Below are positions 62,440 through 64,000 of a stretch of DNA of 64,000 bases, one piece after another. The DNA lies in contig OZ223481.1 in NCBI GenBank assembly GCA_965140785.1, forward strand, positions 192,001-256,000. Reading direction: 5' to 3'. Positions within the stretch are counted from its first letter, which is position 1; every line of letters begins with the position of its first letter. This stretch comes from an uncultured Ruficoccus sp. (GTDB lineage Bacteria; Verrucomicrobiota; Verrucomicrobiia; Opitutales; Cerasicoccaceae). The translations under genes were made by a program, and so were the position numbers. Below the pieces are notes generated by a model, which was not told the origin of the DNA, did no database searches, and saw nothing but the letters and a program-made list of their open reading frames with translations.

Positions 62440-64000
62440 CAGGTCAGGCCGGCCCGGCGGCGCAGTATCCATTCGATACCGAGGGCGAGCGCGAGGATCA
62501 AGGCAAAGGGGAGGTTACGGGTCCAGTGGACGCGGCTTTCGCGCATCGGCACGTCGGCCCGGAGGGGGATTTCGTCGAGGGTGTTCACGTCGCGCCAGCC
62601 CACGTAATCGCCGCCGGTGACGCGGGCCAGGTCGCGCAGCTCGCGTTCACGGAAGGCCAGATCGGCGTTTTCGCGGCCCAGGTGCGCTCCGGCGAACCAC
62701 GCCTCCTGGCGGAGTTCCTCCCCGTCGGGGAAGCTGACGCGGTACTCGATGCGGGCCTCGCCGGTCTCTTCCAAGGCTGCCGTCCCCTGATAGCGGCCCG
62801 GCTGGGCCGGGTCGGGGACGAGGTTAACAGCCGGTCCCGGCTCGCCCCCGGCCGGGGTGAGAATGGCGCTCACGCGGGCGCTCTCGGCGGGGCGAAAGTC
62901 CGGCCCGCGCACATCGACATCGAGCGCGACCGGTTCGTCCACCGGCACGATGCGGCCCTGCAAGGGCATGTCGAGACGGGGCTTGCCGCCGCTACCGAGC
63001 CAGCCCAGCAGGTAGCGCCAGAACAACTCGTGTTGGCGCAGGCCGTGTTCGCTGCTCAGGCGCCAGCGCCAGGTGGCGGCGGTCCCAAGATAGGCGACGC
63101 GTCCGGCTCCGTAGGCGTGCAGGGTGAGCAGGGGCAGGCCGTTCTGGCGCAGGCTCAGGACCACGCGGCCCCCGCGCGAAAGCTCCGTCGCGCCGAAGGC
63201 CGTCCGGTCCTCCGGCAGAAACAGCGGCGGCGGGCGAAAGAGCGTCCCTCCGGCCAGGTCGGTGAAGACCGGGTCGGGTGTCAACTCCAGCGGAGCCTGC
63301 CGCGGGCGTTCCAGCACCTCGGTCTGGCGCACCGGCAGCAGGTAGCGCAGGTCGGCGGGGAGATTGTCCGGCGGGCCAAAAAAGATCACGCCCCCGCCGC
63401 GCAGGGTGAGGAAGTCCAGCAGCGCTTGGCGCTCGGCTTCGGCCATCTCGGCCACGGCGGCGGTCTCGACGACGAGCACGCTGTGATCGACGAGCTTGTC
63501 CGTCATGGCGGCGAAGCCCGCGTTTTCGTCCTCGGGCTTTTCCTCGAAACCGAGGTAGGTGAAACGCTCCTCATCCAGGCGGATGACCGCGTGCAGCTCC
63601 CAGTCGGGGTCCTGCCGCAGGGCTTCGCGCAGAAAGCGGTAGGTGTCGTTGAGGTGGCTGCTGAGGTAAAGGGCTTTCATCACGCGCGGCTCGCCCACGT
63701 CGGCGGCGGCGAAGGCGAGGTCGTTGCTCTGGTTGCGGTCGCCGGGTACCGGTTCGGCCAGGCGGGCGCGGTAGCTGTGAAAGCCCGAGCGCTCGGGCTG
63801 GGCGGTGGCCGGGACGTGGACGGTCTCACCCGGCTCCAGGGTGACTTCCTGCCGGGTGAGCACGGTGTCGCCGTCGGCGATTTCGACCGTGGCGGTGACC
63901 GGGCGGGTAAAGGTGCTGGTGAGCGCGGCCTCCAGCTCCAGGGGTTCGCCGACGAGCGGCTCGGCGGTGCGCACGGCCAGCTCAAGCGCGGCGTCTCCGC
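62439..64000 (-). CDS. Membrane-anchored protein with Ig-like and class I GATase-like domains (vWA/BatA-cluster type); 5'-partial
   Basis: GDRNQSND, RFLREAL, FLTLRGGG, YGAGRV..TWRW, FW..L..WL, LRDLARVTGG, C-terminal TM + EWILRRR. Confidence 0.8.
   Translation of the reverse strand, partial: GDAALELAVRTAEPLVGEPLELEAALTSTFTRPVTATVEIADGDTVLTRQEVTLEPGETVHVPATAQPERSGFHSYRARLAEPVPGDRNQSNDLAFAAADVGEPRVMKALYLSSHLNDTYRFLREALRQDPDWELHAVIRLDEERFTYLGFEEKPEDENAGFAAMTDKLVDHSVLVVETAAVAEMAEAERQALLDFLTLRGGGVIFFGPPDNLPADLRYLLPVRQTEVLERPRQAPLELTPDPVFTDLAGGTLFRPPPLFLPEDRTAFGATELSRGGRVVLSLRQNGLPLLTLHAYGAGRVAYLGTAATWRWRLSSEHGLRQHELFWRYLLGWLGSGGKPRLDMPLQGRIVPVDEPVALDVDVRGPDFRPAESARVSAILTPAGGEPGPAVNLVPDPAQPGRYQGTAALEETGEARIEYRVSFPDGEELRQEAWFAGAHLGRENADLAFRERELRDLARVTGGDYVGWRDVNTLDEIPLRADVPMRESRVHWTRNLPFALILALALGIEWILRRRAGLT

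Overview
GC-rich bacterial chromosome segment, probably Verrucomicrobiota/Opitutia. That assignment is inferred from a PEP-CTERM protein, PVC-type hypothetical proteins and start regions poor in Shine-Dalgarno motifs. The window is mostly housekeeping and looks origin-proximal: addA-like helicase-nuclease, recA, mnmE-mnmG carrying parS palindromes, phoB/phoR-like pair, trmB, ogt, atpBEFHAGDC, gmk, scpB, two 6-phosphogluconate dehydrogenases, dnaN, cinA, uvrC, holA, mscS, pssA, proA and two PfkB kinases. The right end holds part of an uncharacterised envelope operon (GATase-like/HEAT/DUF4159/TPR/TPR/ExbB). The most notable non-coding signals are: (1) an oriC-like unwinding module upstream of dnaN with no adjacent dnaA; (2) two perfect parS sites inside an apparent insertion loop of MnmG; (3) two families of multi-hairpin REP-like elements sitting directly after, or supplying, stop codons; (4) a 166-bp TA-flanked MITE; (5) a candidate sRNA; and (6) 11-bp-periodic Pho-box-like arrays. 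Clustered frameshifts in five genes look like assembly indels. I saw no rRNA, tRNA, CRISPR array or intact transposase. All family assignments come from motif recognition, not database searches.
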